From Gammaproteobacteria bacterium (GTDB taxonomy: Bacteria > Pseudomonadota > Gammaproteobacteria > Ga0077554 > Ga007554): a stretch of 64,000 nucleotides of DNA. The stretch is taken from positions 4,131 to 68,130 of the forward strand of contig JACPOZ010000021.1 of assembly GCA_016191235.1 (NCBI GenBank), in the 5' to 3' direction. Of this stretch, positions 47,860 through 62,401 are shown in pieces (position 1 is the stretch's first letter; each line of letters starts with the position of its first letter). The notes beneath the pieces are model-generated. The model searched no databases and was not told the DNA's origin. It was given only the letters and a program-made list of their open reading frames with translations. The translations under genes were made by a program, and so were the position numbers.

Positions 47860-48627
47860 TTAAAAATCATACTCTATGATCAGCGGGGCATGGTCGGAGA
47901 AGCGCTGATCTTTGTAAATAGATGCTTCTTTGACTTTATCTTTCAGGCCCGGTGTAATCACTTGATAGTCGATGCGCCATCCCACGTTTTTGGCCCACGC
48001 CTGGCCACGGTTGGACCACCAAGTATATTGATCCGCCTCCTGGTTGATGACGCGAAAGGCATCCACAAATCCCAGTGGACCGAATAACTCGTCCATCCAG
48101 GCACGCTCTTCCGGCAGAAAACCGGAGTTTTTCTGGTTGCCACGCCAGTTTTTGAGGTCAATCTGTTTATGGGCGATGTTCCAGTCGCCACAGATGATGT
48201 ATTCGCGCCGGTCTTCCTGGAATTGCCTGAGAACGGGCCTGATGCGTTCCATAAGGTCAAATTTCACCGCTTGGCGCTGCTCGCCACTGCTGCCTGAGGG
48301 CATGTATAGGGAGATGACGCTGAGACTGCCGAAATCAGCCTGGATAAAACGCCCCTCTGCATCGATATCCTGCCAGCCCAGCCCCATCACCACGCGATCC
48401 GGCTTCTTTTTGCAATACAGCGCCACGCCGCTGTAACCTTTCTTTTCGGCATCATGAAAATAGGCGTGATAGCCGGACGGGTGGTAGGTTTCGGGGGGAA
48501 GCTGATGCTCCTGCGCCTTGGTTTCTTGCAGGCACACGACATCGGCGTCCTGCTTTAGCATCCACTCAAAAAATCCTTTGCTGGCAGCAGAGCGGATGCC
48601 GTTGGCGTTGAGTGCGATTATTTTCAT
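47860..48627 (-). CDS. xthA: exodeoxyribonuclease III
   Basis: 255 aa with MKIIALNANGIRSA start, CLQETK, and C-terminal SDHAPL. Confidence 0.93.
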   Translation of the reverse strand: MKIIALNANGIRSAASKGFFEWMLKQDADVVCLQETKAQEHQLPPETYHPSGYHAYFHDAEKKGYSGVALYCKKKPDRVVMGLGWQDIDAEGRFIQADFGSLSVISLYMPSGSSGEQRQAVKFDLMERIRPVLRQFQEDRREYIICGDWNIAHKQIDLKNWRGNQKNSGFLPEERAWMDELFGPLGFVDAFRVINQEADQYTWWSNRGQAWAKNVGWRIDYQVITPGLKDKVKEASIYKDQRFSDHAPLIIEYDF

Positions 48628-48689
48628 GTGTTTTCCATTGTGCGGCGAGGCCGGTACAATAGCCGAAATTTAATCACGGGCAAACCTCC

Positions 48690-49343
48690 ATGCAAAATTA
48701 TCAGCGCGAATTCCTTGATTTTGTGATTACTACAGGTGTGCTGCGTTTTGGGGAATTCACTCTGAAATCCGGGCGCGTCAGCCCCTACTTTTTTAACAGC
48801 GGCCTGTTCAATACCGGCGGCAGCATCGCGCGATTGGGGCGCTACTATGCTGCCGCGCTGGAAAATGCGGGCATAAGCTATGACATGCTGTTCGGCCCGG
48901 CCTATAAGGGTATACCGCTGGCGGTGGCTACATCGATTGCGCTCGCCGACCATCACCGGCGCGATATCCCGTATGCCTTCAACCGCAAGGAGGCCAAGGA
49001 CCATGGCGAGGGTGGTACAACGGTGGGGGCGAAGCTGGCGGGCCAGGTTATGATTATCGACGATGTGATCTCGGCGGGTACCTCGGTGCGCGAATCGATT
49101 GTAATCATCAAAGCGGCGGGGGCGGTTCCGGCGGGTGTTGCCATTGCGCTGGACAGGCAAGAGCGTGGCGCGGGCGCGTTATCTGCGATCCAGGAAGTAG
49201 AAGGGGCGCATGGGATCAAGGTAGCAAGCATTGTCAATCTGGACAATTTGATTGAATACCTGTCTATGCAACCGGCAATGTCGGATGCGCTGGAGAACAT
49301 CCGCGCCTATCAGGCGCGGTATGGGGTACGCGGTTGCGCGTAG
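48690..49343 (+). CDS. pyrE: orotate phosphoribosyltransferase
   Basis: 217 aa with the PRPP-binding motif [13 protein letters not shown]. Confidence 0.95.
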   Translation: MQNYQREFLDFVITTGVLRFGEFTLKSGRVSPYFFNSGLFNTGGSIARLGRYYAAALENAGISYDMLFGPAYKGIPLAVATSIALADHHRRDIPYAFNRKEAKDHGEGGTTVGAKLAGQVMIIDDVISAGTSVRESIVIIKAAGAVPAGVAIALDRQERGAGALSAIQEVEGAHGIKVASIVNLDNLIEYLSMQPAMSDALENIRAYQARYGVRGCA

Positions 49344-49350
49344 CGAACCC

Positions 49351-52777
<3,427 letters not shown>

Positions 52778-52828
52778 CAGGGATTATTAGCGTTGAGAGT
52801 TTTCATGCTTTACTATTCAAGGTAATGG

Positions 52829-53284
52829 CTAATGACGCCCCGAGTGACCAAATCCGCCCTCGCCGCGCGCACTCTCCGCAAAGTCATCGACGATCTCGAA
52901 GGCGGCCTGCACTACCGGCACGAACACCATTTGCGCGATACGCTCCCCCGGCTCGATGCGGAAGGACAGGCTGCCACGGTTCCAGCACGAGACAAACACC
53001 TGGCCCTGGTAGTCCGAGTCAATCAGCCCCACCAGGTTGCCCAGCACTATGCCGTGCTTGTGGCCCAAGCCGGAGCGCGGCAACAGCACTGCGGCCAATG
53101 ATGGATCATCGATATGGATCGCCAGCCCGGCCGGGATCAAATGGCTTTCGCCGGGATGTATCTCCAGCACGCTATCCAGACAGGCGCGAAGATCCATGCC
53201 CGCTGCGCCGTGTGTGGCGTAATGCGGCAAAGGAAATTCGTTGCCGATGCGCGGATCGAGAATTTTAAGTTTTATCTTGTGCAT
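52829..53284 (-). CDS. dut: dUTP diphosphatase
   Basis: 151 aa with [14 protein letters not shown] start and GLIDSDYQG motif. Confidence 0.95.
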   Translation of the reverse strand: MHKIKLKILDPRIGNEFPLPHYATHGAAGMDLRACLDSVLEIHPGESHLIPAGLAIHIDDPSLAAVLLPRSGLGHKHGIVLGNLVGLIDSDYQGQVFVSCWNRGSLSFRIEPGERIAQMVFVPVVQAAFEIVDDFAESARGEGGFGHSGRH

Positions 53285-54512
53285 GATATCTCTCAGATAT
53301 TACGGAAATCAGATCACGGGCCAGCTTGTCCTTGGCCGCATATGGCAATTCCATGCTGCCGCCCTGCCGATCTACAGGGACATTCGAATCCTGGGATGCC
53401 GGGAGCGGCCAAAACAGCGTCAGCGCATTTTCATTACTATCAAAACCCATGCCCTGCCCTACCCAGTTGGCAGCAACCATATCTAGCGTCTTGGCGGCGA
53501 GCTTGGCGCGGGCATGCGCCTCCAGATTCTCGGTCTCAGCGGCGAAGCCCACGGTAAACGGCGCATTGGGCAGTGCTGCGACGCTGGCAAGAATATCAGG
53601 AGTACGTTCCAGCGCCAGGCTCACCTCAGTCTGCGCCTTTTTAATCTTGTGCTGCGCCAACTGTTGCGGGCGATAATCGGCCACCGCCGCCGCGCCGATA
53701 AAGATATCGCAATCGCGCATATTCGCCAGCACCGCCTCATACATCTGCTCGGCGCTTTCCACATCAATGCGCACTACACGCGGCGGTGCGGGCAGCGCCA
53801 CCGGGCCGCTGACCAGGGTTACGTTGGCACCCGCCTCTGCTGCGGCAGCAGCGATGGCATAGCCCATCTTTCCCGAGCTGCGATTGCTGATGAAGCGCAC
53901 CGGATCAATCGCCTCGCGCGTCGGCCCGGCGCTCACCACTACATTGAGACCGTTCAAGCTCCCGGCGGCGAACAGCCCTGCCGTCATTTCCACCAATTGC
54001 TGCGACTCCACCATCCGCCCCTCGCCTACCTCGCCGCACGCCTGCTCGCCAGCAGCGGGACCGAACAGTCGCACACCGCGGCGCTCAAGAAGTCGGCGGT
54101 TGTCCTGCGTCGCCGGATTAGACCACATCAGCCGGTTCATCGCGGGCGCAAGCGCGAGCGGCGCGTCACAGGCCAGACACAACGTACTGAGCAGGTCATC
54201 GGCCAGCCCATGAGCCAGCTTCGCCATGAAATTCGCGCTTGCCGGTGCCACCAGCACCGCATCCGCCCAACGTGCCAGCTCGATGTGGCCCATAGCCGCT
54301 TCGGCCTGCGGATCAAGCAAATGCAGATGTACCGGGTTACCGGACAGCGCCTGCATGGTGAGCGGCGTGATGAACTCCGTCGCGGCGCGCGTCATCACCA
54401 CCCGCACTTCGGCCCCGGCATCGCGCAGGCGGCGCGTCAGATCAGCGCTCTTATAGGCCGCGATACCGCCCGTAACGCCAAGAAGGATGCGTTTATTTTC
54501 CAGTTGCTTCAT
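53265..54512 (-). CDS. coaBC: bifunctional phosphopantothenoylcysteine decarboxylase/synthetase
   Basis: 415 aa with [13 protein letters not shown] flavoprotein N-terminus and the CoaB half [10 protein letters not shown]. Confidence 0.95.
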   Translation of the reverse strand: MKQLENKRILLGVTGGIAAYKSADLTRRLRDAGAEVRVVMTRAATEFITPLTMQALSGNPVHLHLLDPQAEAAMGHIELARWADAVLVAPASANFMAKLAHGLADDLLSTLCLACDAPLALAPAMNRLMWSNPATQDNRRLLERRGVRLFGPAAGEQACGEVGEGRMVESQQLVEMTAGLFAAGSLNGLNVVVSAGPTREAIDPVRFISNRSSGKMGYAIAAAAAEAGANVTLVSGPVALPAPPRVVRIDVESAEQMYEAVLANMRDCDIFIGAAAVADYRPQQLAQHKIKKAQTEVSLALERTPDILASVAALPNAPFTVGFAAETENLEAHARAKLAAKTLDMVAANWVGQGMGFDSNENALTLFWPLPASQDSNVPVDRQGGSMELPYAAKDKLARDLISVISERYHAQDKT

Positions 54513-54599
54513 GCCGGATGGTCGACTCGGTAGAACATGGTTCAGATTTTAACCTAAATTCCGATACTGTTTGTGACATTCATATTCGAAAGAACGCGC

Positions 54600-55277
54600 A
54601 TGCCCATCACCGACTGGCCTGAACACGAACGTCCCCGCGAAAAGCTGCTGCTGCGCGGCCCCGGTGCATTGTCCGACGCCGAACTGCTGGCGATTTTTTT
54701 GCGCACTGGCGTACCCGGCAAAAGCGCCGTCGATCTGGCACGCGATCTGTTGAATGAATACGGTGGGCTGCGCACCCTGCTGGAGGCCGATCAAAAACAG
54801 TTTTGCCGAGGCCACGGGTTAGGGCAGGCGAAATATGTCCAGCTTCAGGCCGTGCTGGAGATGGGCCGCCGCCACCTGCGCGAGACGCTGGAGCGCGGCG
54901 ACGCCCTGAGTAATCCCAACGACACCCGTCGCTTCCTCACGGCGCGCCTGCGCGGCTATCCGCACGAGGTGTTCGCCTGCCTGTTTCTCGACAACCGCCA
55001 CCGGGTAATACGCTTCGACGAGATGTTCACCGGCACTATCGACGGCGCCAGCGTCCATCCGCGCGAGGTGGTCAAACGCGCGCTGGCGCATAACGCGGCG
55101 GCGGTGATCTTCGCCCACAACCACCCCTCCGGCATCGCCGAACCCAGCCGCGCCGACGAAACGCTGACGCGTCGCCTGAAAGACGCCCTGGCACTGGTCG
55201 ACATCCGTGTTCTCGATCATCTGATTATCGGTGATGGCGAAGATGTGGTATCCTTTGCGGAACGTGGGTTGCTTTAA
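54600..55277 (+). CDS. radC: RadC-family (JAB/MPN) protein
   Basis: ORF trimmed to the ATG at 54600 ([17 protein letters not shown]). HNHPSG JAMM motif present. Confidence 0.88.
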   Translation: MPITDWPEHERPREKLLLRGPGALSDAELLAIFLRTGVPGKSAVDLARDLLNEYGGLRTLLEADQKQFCRGHGLGQAKYVQLQAVLEMGRRHLRETLERGDALSNPNDTRRFLTARLRGYPHEVFACLFLDNRHRVIRFDEMFTGTIDGASVHPREVVKRALAHNAAAVIFAHNHPSGIAEPSRADETLTRRLKDALALVDIRVLDHLIIGDGEDVVSFAERGLL

Positions 55278-55390
55278 AACCTCAAGTGGGATCGGTTTTT
55301 TCTTGCGTATCGCGCCGGAATTTGTTATAAATTATAGTTTCGCCCGGCCTAATGGCCGACAGCACCGAATTCGTCGTTTGGAGATTTAGC

Positions 55391-55627
55391 ATGTCCAGAG
55401 TATGTCAAGTCACGGGCAAGCGCCCAATAACCGGAAACAATGTTTCCCACGCCAATAACAGAACACGACGCCGTTTTCTGCCGAATCTGCACGTCCATCG
55501 CTTTTGGGTAGAGAGCCAGAAGCGCTGGGTGCGCCTGCGCCTTTCCACGCAGGGGATGCGCATGATTGACAAGGTTGGCATAGACGCCGTGCTGGCCGAA
55601 ATGCGCAGCCGCGGCGAAAAGGCATAA
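55391..55627 (+). CDS. rpmB: 50S ribosomal protein L28
   Basis: [33 protein letters not shown]; 78 aa. Confidence 0.95.
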   Translation: MSRVCQVTGKRPITGNNVSHANNRTRRRFLPNLHVHRFWVESQKRWVRLRLSTQGMRMIDKVGIDAVLAEMRSRGEKA

Positions 55628-55639
55628 GGGGAATAAATC

Positions 55640-55795
55640 ATGCGTGAAAAAATCAAGCTCATATCCAGCGCCGGCACCGGCCACTTCTACACCACCATGA
55701 AGAACAAGCGCAACACCCCCGACAAACTCGAAATGAAGAAGTTTGATCCCGTGGTGCGCAAGCACGTTGCCTACAAAGAAGCCAAGATCAAGTAA
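55640..55795 (+). CDS. rpmG: 50S ribosomal protein L33
   Basis: Not in the ORF track (51 aa). Sequence is [51 protein letters not shown]. It starts 12 nt after rpmB. Confidence 0.92.
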   Translation: MREKIKLISSAGTGHFYTTMKNKRNTPDKLEMKKFDPVVRKHVAYKEAKIK

Positions 55796-55817
55796 TCCTG
55801 GCACTTTTAGCCTAATT

Positions 55818-55859
55818 GGCGTGACTTCCGGGCTCCCCGGAGTCACGCCACTAATTTTT
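55818..55859 (+). terminator. rho-independent terminator after rpmG
   Basis: ggcgtgacttccggg / ccccggagtcacgcc stem followed by actaattttt. Confidence 0.7.
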
Positions 55860-55965
55860 CATACCTGCAAAATCTCACCCCGCTTAAAATCCCTGAATTT
55901 CATAAAGCACATGCGACCTTGCTTGGCTCATAGTTTTACTGCATTTCTAAATCAATAGTGGAACC

Positions 55966-55983
55966 GGGTGCGTCCCACGCACC
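55966..55983. repeat. REP-like hairpin, second copy of the 18-mer
   Basis: gggtgcgtcccacgcacc, identical to the first 18 nt (5579-5596) of the hairpin at 5579-5597. Confidence 0.45.
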
Positions 55984-56049
55984 AACAAGTTATTGGCGTT
56001 TTGAATCAGCCTGCCGCGATCAAAATTCAATCGCGGATTTGACATAACC

Positions 56050-57453
56050 TTATCCGGCCGCCCGCAATAAGCGCTCCCTCCCCCGCTTTACCGCTGCCCG
56101 TACCTGATCCGGCGCCGTACCTCCCAGGTGGTTGCGTGACGCCACTGAACCTTCCAACGTCAGCACATCAAATACATCCTGTTCGATGGCCGTGGAAAAC
56201 TGACGCAGTTCATCGAGCGTCATTTGCGCGAGGTCCTTGCCGGTCTCGATACCGCGACGCACCGCCTTGCCGACAATCTCGTGGGCATCGCGGAACGCCA
56301 CGCCGCGCCGCACCAGATAATCCGCCAGATCGGTTGCAGTGGAAAAACCGCTCCGCGCGGCATGGGCCATGTTGTCGCGTTTGATCTGCACAGCGAGAAT
56401 CATGTCCGTATAGACCTTGAGCGAGCCGCGCACGGTGTCGATGGTATCAAACAGCGGCTCTTTGTCTTCCTGGTTGTCTTTATTGTAGGCCAGCGGCTGG
56501 CTTTTCATGAGAGTGAGCAGGGCAATCAGGTTGCCGTTGACGCGCCCGACCTTGCCGCGCACCAGCTCAGGCACATCGGGATTTTTCTTCTGCGGCATGA
56601 TGGAGGAGCCTGTGCAGAAACGATCAGGAAGATCGACGAAACCAAACTGCGTGGATGACCAGAGGATCAGCTCCTCGGAGCAGCGCGACAGATGCGTCAT
56701 TATCAGCGCGGCGGCGGCGGTGAATTCAATGGCGAAGTCGCGGTCGCTGACGGCGTCGAGGGAATTTTCCGCCGGCGCGTCGAAACCCAGCAATTGGGCG
56801 GTGTAGGCACGGTCGATGGGATAGCTGGTACCCGCCAGCGCCGCCGCTCCCAGGGGCATGATGTTGGCGCGCTTGCGGCAGTCCTGCATGCGCGCGCGGT
56901 CGCGGTTGAACATCTCGAACCACGCCATCATGTGATGGCCGAAGGTAACGGGCTGGGCCACTTGCAGATGGGTGAATCCGGGCATGATGGTGTCGGCCTC
57001 GCGCTCGGCGACGTCGAGCAGCGCGGCTTGCAGGCGCGTCAGCTCGGCCATGATGGCGTCGATCTCGTCACGCAGATAAAGGCGGATATCGGTGGCAACC
57101 TGATCATTGCGCGAGCGGCCGGTATGCAATTTTTTGCCGGCGATGCCGATGCGCTCGGTGAGGCGCGCCTCAATGTTCATGTGCACGTCTTCCAGCGCCA
57201 CCGACCACGTGAAGTCGCCGCGCTCGATGTCGCGCAAGATGTCCTGCAAGCCATCGACGATGGCCTCGCACTCTGCCGCGCTCAGCACCCCCACACGAGT
57301 CAACATGCGCGCATGGGCGATGGAGCCTGCGATGTCGTGCCTGTAGAGCCGTTTGTCGAACAACACGGAGGCGGTGAACGCCTCGACGAAGGTATCCGTC
57401 GCCTCGGTAAAACGCCCTGCCCAGGGTTTGTCGATGCTTTTGTCGCTAGCCAC
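56050..57453 (-). CDS. argH: argininosuccinate lyase
   Basis: 467 aa with the fumarate-lyase signature [12 protein letters not shown]. Confidence 0.96.
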   Translation of the reverse strand: MASDKSIDKPWAGRFTEATDTFVEAFTASVLFDKRLYRHDIAGSIAHARMLTRVGVLSAAECEAIVDGLQDILRDIERGDFTWSVALEDVHMNIEARLTERIGIAGKKLHTGRSRNDQVATDIRLYLRDEIDAIMAELTRLQAALLDVAEREADTIMPGFTHLQVAQPVTFGHHMMAWFEMFNRDRARMQDCRKRANIMPLGAAALAGTSYPIDRAYTAQLLGFDAPAENSLDAVSDRDFAIEFTAAAALIMTHLSRCSEELILWSSTQFGFVDLPDRFCTGSSIMPQKKNPDVPELVRGKVGRVNGNLIALLTLMKSQPLAYNKDNQEDKEPLFDTIDTVRGSLKVYTDMILAVQIKRDNMAHAARSGFSTATDLADYLVRRGVAFRDAHEIVGKAVRRGIETGKDLAQMTLDELRQFSTAIEQDVFDVLTLEGSVASRNHLGGTAPDQVRAAVKRGRERLLRAAG

Positions 57454-57467
57454 GCTTTTATCCTGTT

Positions 57468-57519
57468 ACGAAAATAATGTGGTGGAAAGTATAGCAATTT
57501 TCCGGGGCAGGAATCCGCC
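57468..57519. repeat. about 52-bp direct repeat, left copy (argH-proximal)
   Basis: acgaaaataatgtggtggaaagtatagcaattttccggggcaggaatccgcc matches 59464-59515 at 44/52 positions. Perfect cores are ataatgtggtggaaag, caattttccggg and ggaatccgcc. Confidence 0.85.
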
Positions 57520-57638
57520 ACATTTTTCTCGCGCAGATTCGGCGGATCAGGAATTCACAGCAGGTTCAAAATTACCATTTTCAAAGTGGCGTGGCATCAG
57601 GAGAAGATGATATCCGCGAGGCGCACCTCGCTTTTTGT

Positions 57639-59342
57639 CTATAGCCGCTGCCGCCCCCTACGCACCAAGGCCCACAACACCGCAAACATCAGGCTGATCG
57701 GCCCCCAGCTTCCTCCGCCGCCGCCACTATTGCCACTAGCGCTTGATGGCAACGCCTCCTCTGCTCCTGATACACCCCGCGCTGTCACAGCGACCGGCGC
57801 AGAAAGCAGGGTGGAATCACTGTCGATATGCACCAGGGCGCCAGACTGGCCCGTGCTGACCGGGGCATAGCTCAAGGTAATCGCGCATTGACCATCAGGC
57901 TGCAGGGTCTTATTCGTGCAGGTGTCCTCGGCGACTGCAAAGCCGGAGGAATTGGTGGCAGTGGCCACAGGGATATTCGCTGGCGTACTGGAAACCTCGA
58001 TCCGCACGCCGCTCACTGTGAGTGGCAAACTTCCCGTATTGGTGATGGTGAGGGTGCGTGCAGCAGGCTGGCCGCTGGGAACCTCGCCAAAATCCAGTTG
58101 TTTTGCGCTGGGAGTGATGATCGACGCCAGCTCAGGGCTACTGACCAAGGGGCCAAGTCCCATCACCGCGAGCCGGTTCAGTAATTGACCGTTTTTATCC
58201 AGCACTTCGAGATGGTTCGTCTGCTTGTTCATGCCGAACAACCAGCCTGCTTTAGTCACAACAATATCCGCTGCAACGCCTTTGACGTCCAGGGTACTAG
58301 TCAGCTTCAAGTCAGTGGTATCGACGATATAAACCTTGCCAAATATTTCCGCGCAACTCGGTGCTTGCGGCAGCTCGGTGGTGACGAACAATTGCTGTGC
58401 CGCAGGGTTTACAGCCAACGCTTGGGGCAGGCCCTCAAAACTGATCTCAGGAAACGAAATCTCATTTGTTGCGGTATCCAATACCGCCAATGATGTCGTG
58501 GTGAGATGGCCGAGGGTGATGTACAGCCGCTCGCCGGATGCGTCCAACGCGATATCCTCAGGCGCGCCTTGCTCGATCAATGCGTGGCTTTTCACGACAT
58601 CGCCCGAGGCAACATCAATGACATATACTTTGCCACTGACATGACTCAGGCTATACAGCCGCGTGCCGTCCAGGTGGATAGCGAGACGGTCGGAAACATC
58701 GGCGAGAGCAATCGTCTTGATTGCGCTCCGCGCGGCGGTATCAATCACGATGATGGATTTGCCACCCTCAACCACTGCATAGAGCCGGGTTCCATCGCGG
58801 CTCACAAGCAAACTGGCAGGCTTAGCCTCCAAAGTGACCTCGCCGATCCTGTGACGATCATGGGCACGGATGATGACGATCTTTCCGTCGCCCGTGCCGA
58901 CATAGATATAGCCGCCGCTCGGACTGATGGCTATGCCTTGAGGAATCTGACCAGCATCGAGTGAAAGGGGTTCGGCCTTGACCGCACCCAGATCGGAATA
59001 ATCCACCACAGAGACGGTGTTGTTATCGCGGTTGGTGAAGTAGGCATATGGCCCGCGTTTGGTCGTGCTCGAAGTAACAACTGCGGCGGACATACGAACA
59101 GCGTTCACTGAGCTATCGGCCATCATGGTTTGAATAAGGGGCGTACCATCGGCGCGGGGGGGCCGCGGAAGGAAGTAATCTCCTGTTATAGTCGTTTCAC
59201 ACGCCCCTCCTCCCGGGCAGGGAGCCACAGGAGTTACGGAGCAAGAATCGCCAAATTTCCAGCCATCGAAATCGATTGGCGATGCGGCAAAGACGTTTGA
59301 AGCAACGGCAAGCAGCAACCCTGCAAATAATGCGCGTGACAT
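57639..59342 (-). CDS. secreted YVTN-type beta-propeller protein with a choice-of-anchor-D-like domain and GlyGly-CTERM-like tail (paralog 2)
   Basis: 567 aa with signal peptide MSRALFAGLLLAVASNVFA. Blades collinear with paralog 1 (YIYVGTGDGKIVIIRA, LYAVVEGGKSIIVIDT, LYSLSHVSGKVYVIDV). Cys-pair domain DTCTNKTLQPDGQCAITLSY. C-terminus SGNSGGGGGSWGPISLMFAVLWALVRRGRQRL. Confidence 0.8.
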   Translation of the reverse strand: MSRALFAGLLLAVASNVFAASPIDFDGWKFGDSCSVTPVAPCPGGGACETTITGDYFLPRPPRADGTPLIQTMMADSSVNAVRMSAAVVTSSTTKRGPYAYFTNRDNNTVSVVDYSDLGAVKAEPLSLDAGQIPQGIAISPSGGYIYVGTGDGKIVIIRAHDRHRIGEVTLEAKPASLLVSRDGTRLYAVVEGGKSIIVIDTAARSAIKTIALADVSDRLAIHLDGTRLYSLSHVSGKVYVIDVASGDVVKSHALIEQGAPEDIALDASGERLYITLGHLTTTSLAVLDTATNEISFPEISFEGLPQALAVNPAAQQLFVTTELPQAPSCAEIFGKVYIVDTTDLKLTSTLDVKGVAADIVVTKAGWLFGMNKQTNHLEVLDKNGQLLNRLAVMGLGPLVSSPELASIITPSAKQLDFGEVPSGQPAARTLTITNTGSLPLTVSGVRIEVSSTPANIPVATATNSSGFAVAEDTCTNKTLQPDGQCAITLSYAPVSTGQSGALVHIDSDSTLLSAPVAVTARGVSGAEEALPSSASGNSGGGGGSWGPISLMFAVLWALVRRGRQRL

Positions 59343-59463
59343 TATCCATCTCCAGGAATTTTTTTGTTATGCCCCAGCTCGAGTTAAAACGACCACCAAG
59401 GCTCAAACCTTAATGTAGCGCGGCAAAGTAGCGACTGTCTATCGCGAGATTTTGCTGCGCCTT

Positions 59464-59515
59464 ATGAAGATAATGTGGTGGAAAGCAGAACAATTTTCCG
59501 GGTATGGAATCCGCC
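59464..59515. repeat. about 52-bp direct repeat, right copy (algZ-proximal)
   Basis: See 57468-57519. Confidence 0.85.
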
Positions 59516-59570
59516 GGAAATAGCCGATATAGACAAGACTACCTCCATTTAATGACACCTTAATGACGCC

Positions 59571-60632
59571 ATGGCAAAATCCCCCACATTCACCGCGAAT
59601 GACACCACCAGCGGCACCCTGTTTCTGCCGGATTTTTGCAATATCCGCATGGTGTTTGCGATTGTGATTATCGCGGAGCTGCTGGCTTTTCTGATTGTGC
59701 TGGCGAGTTCATCCGGTCATCAGGTATGGGACAATCTGAGCCTGACTTCGCTGTTTATCCAGTGGGTAGCGCTGGCCAGCACTGCGGTGCTGTGCCTAAG
59801 TCGTCCCTGGCTGGCCACTTTGGACAACCGGGCCGCTGCAATTTTCAGTTACCTGTTGCCGGTGATTGTTACCGCACTGCTCAGTGGCGCCACTGACTGG
59901 ATAGCCTATGCCCAAATGGGCGCGGGCGCCGAGCAACACGCGGCCTTTGCAATCCGCAACGTCACCATCAGTGCCATCATCAGCGCCGTGGTGATGCGCT
60001 ATTTCTATGTGCAGCATCAGTTGAAACAAAACATTCAGGCCGAATCGAGGGCGCGCATCCAGGCACTGCAGGCGCGCATCCGTCCGCATTTTCTGTTCAA
60101 CAGCATGAACACCATTGCCAGCCTGACGCGCAGTCAGCCGGCGCTGGCAGAGGAAGCCGTGATGGATCTGGCCGATCTGTTCCGCGTCAGCCTGTCCGAC
60201 GCCCATGAGCTCATCACGTTTCAGGCGGAACTGGAGCTGTCGCAGCGCTATCTGCACATCGAAAAGCTGCGCTTGGGCGAGCGGTTGATCGTTGCGTGGG
60301 ATTTACACGGGATCTTTGACGGTGCGCTGATCCCGGCGCTCACTCTCCAGCCGTTACTGGAGAACGCGATCTACCATGGCATAGAACCGCTGCCGGAAGG
60401 CGGGGTGATTCACATCAACGGGCAGCAAACGTTGGGGCTGATTCACATCAATATCAGCAACCCCGTGTCAACGCAGAGCATCACCGCGCGGCGCGGCGGC
60501 CACCACATGGCGCTGGACAATATCCGCCAGCGGCTGGCGGCTCATTATGGAACACAGGGCGAACTCACCACGGAACGCACCGGGGACTATTACCGTGTCC
60601 GGCTCACTTTTCCGGTGGAGCACACTTCATGA
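59571..60632 (+). CDS. algZ: LytS/AlgZ(FimS)-family sensor histidine kinase
   Basis: 353 aa. N-terminal multi-TM region beginning ...LFLPDFCNIRMVF, the His_kinase motif IRPHFLFNSMNTIASL, and the N-box LLENAIYHGIEP. ATGA overlap with the response regulator. Confidence 0.82.
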   Translation: MAKSPTFTANDTTSGTLFLPDFCNIRMVFAIVIIAELLAFLIVLASSSGHQVWDNLSLTSLFIQWVALASTAVLCLSRPWLATLDNRAAAIFSYLLPVIVTALLSGATDWIAYAQMGAGAEQHAAFAIRNVTISAIISAVVMRYFYVQHQLKQNIQAESRARIQALQARIRPHFLFNSMNTIASLTRSQPALAEEAVMDLADLFRVSLSDAHELITFQAELELSQRYLHIEKLRLGERLIVAWDLHGIFDGALIPALTLQPLLENAIYHGIEPLPEGGVIHINGQQTLGLIHINISNPVSTQSITARRGGHHMALDNIRQRLAAHYGTQGELTTERTGDYYRVRLTFPVEHTS

Positions 60633-61363
60633 GAATACTGATTGTGGACGACGAGGCGCTGGCGCGGGCGCGCCTGCGTTCCCTGACGGAGGAAATGGCT
60701 GGTATTGATGTGGCCGGCGAGGCAGCAAATGGCAAACAAGCGCTGTTTGCGGCCAGTGAACTGGCGCCGGATGTTATCCTGCTCGACATCCGCATGCCGG
60801 TCATGGACGGCCTGGAAGCCGCACAGCACCTTGCCACGCTGAAAAACCCGCCCGCAGTGATCTTCACCACCGCCTACGGCGACCACGCCCTGGCCGCCTT
60901 CGAGGCGCACGCCATGGACTACCTGCTCAAACCCATCCGCAAGGAGCGCTTGCGGCAGGCCCTGGACAAGGCAGGCAAACTCAACCGCGCCCAGCTCCAT
61001 GCCGTAACGCGCAATGAAAACGGCAATACACACGCCCGCACCCACATCAGTTCACATTCGGCGGGTAAGATTCAACTGGTGGCGGTGGCGGATATCCTCT
61101 ACTTCCAGGCCGATAATAAATATGTCACGGTGCGTCATACTGGCGGCGAGGTACTGATCGAGGCATCCCTCAAATCCCTGGAAGAGGAGTTCGCCAGGCA
61201 CTTCACGCGTATCCACCGCAATGCGCTGGTGGCGAATGCTCACCTCATCGGTATGACAAAAAATAAGGACGGGCATTATGAGGTTATGTTGCGCGGCAGC
61301 GACGACCGGCTGGAGGTCAGCCGCAGCCATCTGCCGCTTGTAAAAAAAAGACTGAAGGTGTGA
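60629..61363 (+). CDS. algR: LytTR-family response regulator
   Basis: 244 aa with receiver domain (MRILIVDDE...DIRMP) and a C-terminal LytTR DNA-binding domain. Confidence 0.9.
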   Translation: MRILIVDDEALARARLRSLTEEMAGIDVAGEAANGKQALFAASELAPDVILLDIRMPVMDGLEAAQHLATLKNPPAVIFTTAYGDHALAAFEAHAMDYLLKPIRKERLRQALDKAGKLNRAQLHAVTRNENGNTHARTHISSHSAGKIQLVAVADILYFQADNKYVTVRHTGGEVLIEASLKSLEEEFARHFTRIHRNALVANAHLIGMTKNKDGHYEVMLRGSDDRLEVSRSHLPLVKKRLKV

Positions 61364-61453
61364 ATTTGCGGTTACAGACGGTATCATTAGTCAAAAGCAG
61401 GCGCGGGATTGCTCGCTCCTGCAACCCAAAACATTTAAAATCCTGGTTCGCAC

Positions 61454-62401
61454 ATGCCCACAAATAGAGTCCGTATCGCAACCCGCAAAAGCCCATTAGC
61501 CCTGTGGCAGGCCGAATATGTCCGAGACAGACTGCTGAAGGCCCATCCTGGGCTTCAGGTGGAACTGTTAAAGATGACTACCCAAGGCGACAAGATCCTC
61601 GACAGCCCGCTGGCCAAGATCGGCGGCAAAGGGCTGTTCGTTAAAGAGCTGGAGCAAGGCATGCTGGAGGGACACGCCGATATCGCGGTGCATTCCATGA
61701 AGGATGTGCCTGCAGAATTCCCGCCCGGCCTGCACCTGGCGGTGGTATGTGAACGCGAAGACGCGCGCGATGCCTTTGTCTCGAACACCTACGCCAGCCT
61801 GAATGACTTGCCGCAGGGCGCGCGGGTGGGCACCTCCAGCCTGCGCCGCCAGTGCCAACTGAATGAGAAGCGCCCCGACCTGAACATCCTCACACTACGC
61901 GGCAACGTCAACACGCGCCTTGCGAAGCTTGACGCTGGCGAGTACGACGCCATCATCCTCGCCAGCGCCGGGCTGTTGCGTCTTGGGATGGCGGAACGCA
62001 TCACGGAATACCTGGATACCCGCGTCTCCCTGCCTGCGGTGGGGCAAGGCGCGGTGGGCATAGAATGCCGTGAGGATGACGCGCGCATCCACGCCCTGCT
62101 TGCGCCGTTAAATGATGCGCCCACCCATATCCGCGTCACGGCGGAACGCGCCATGAACCGGCGCCTGGAGGGGGGATGCCAGGTGCCTATCGCCGGATAC
62201 GCCGTGCTCGACGGCGGCAATCTCACCCTACGCGGCCTGGTGGGCCGCCCCGATGGCAGCGAGGTGGTGCGCGGTGAAGTCAGCGGGCCACAGCAGGAAG
62301 CGGAGCAACTTGGCATAGCACTTGCTGACGACTTGCTGAAGCGTGGCGCCGCCGCGATCCTGAAAGATGTCTATCAGGACGCCCTCCCCACTCCACCATG
62401 A
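61454..62401 (+). CDS. hemC: hydroxymethylbilane synthase
   Basis: 315 aa with [18 protein letters not shown]-terminus. Confidence 0.96.
   Translation: MPTNRVRIATRKSPLALWQAEYVRDRLLKAHPGLQVELLKMTTQGDKILDSPLAKIGGKGLFVKELEQGMLEGHADIAVHSMKDVPAEFPPGLHLAVVCEREDARDAFVSNTYASLNDLPQGARVGTSSLRRQCQLNEKRPDLNILTLRGNVNTRLAKLDAGEYDAIILASAGLLRLGMAERITEYLDTRVSLPAVGQGAVGIECREDDARIHALLAPLNDAPTHIRVTAERAMNRRLEGGCQVPIAGYAVLDGGNLTLRGLVGRPDGSEVVRGEVSGPQQEAEQLGIALADDLLKRGAAAILKDVYQDALPTPP

Noticed and set aside
47553-48087. Plus-strand ORFs 47553-47849 (98 aa) and 47656-48087 (143 aa) in and next to the oxidase upstream region.
   Set aside because: The second overlaps xthA antisense. Both have His/Cys/Arg-rich improbable sequences and no SD. 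The region is better explained as a promoter or regulatory spacer.
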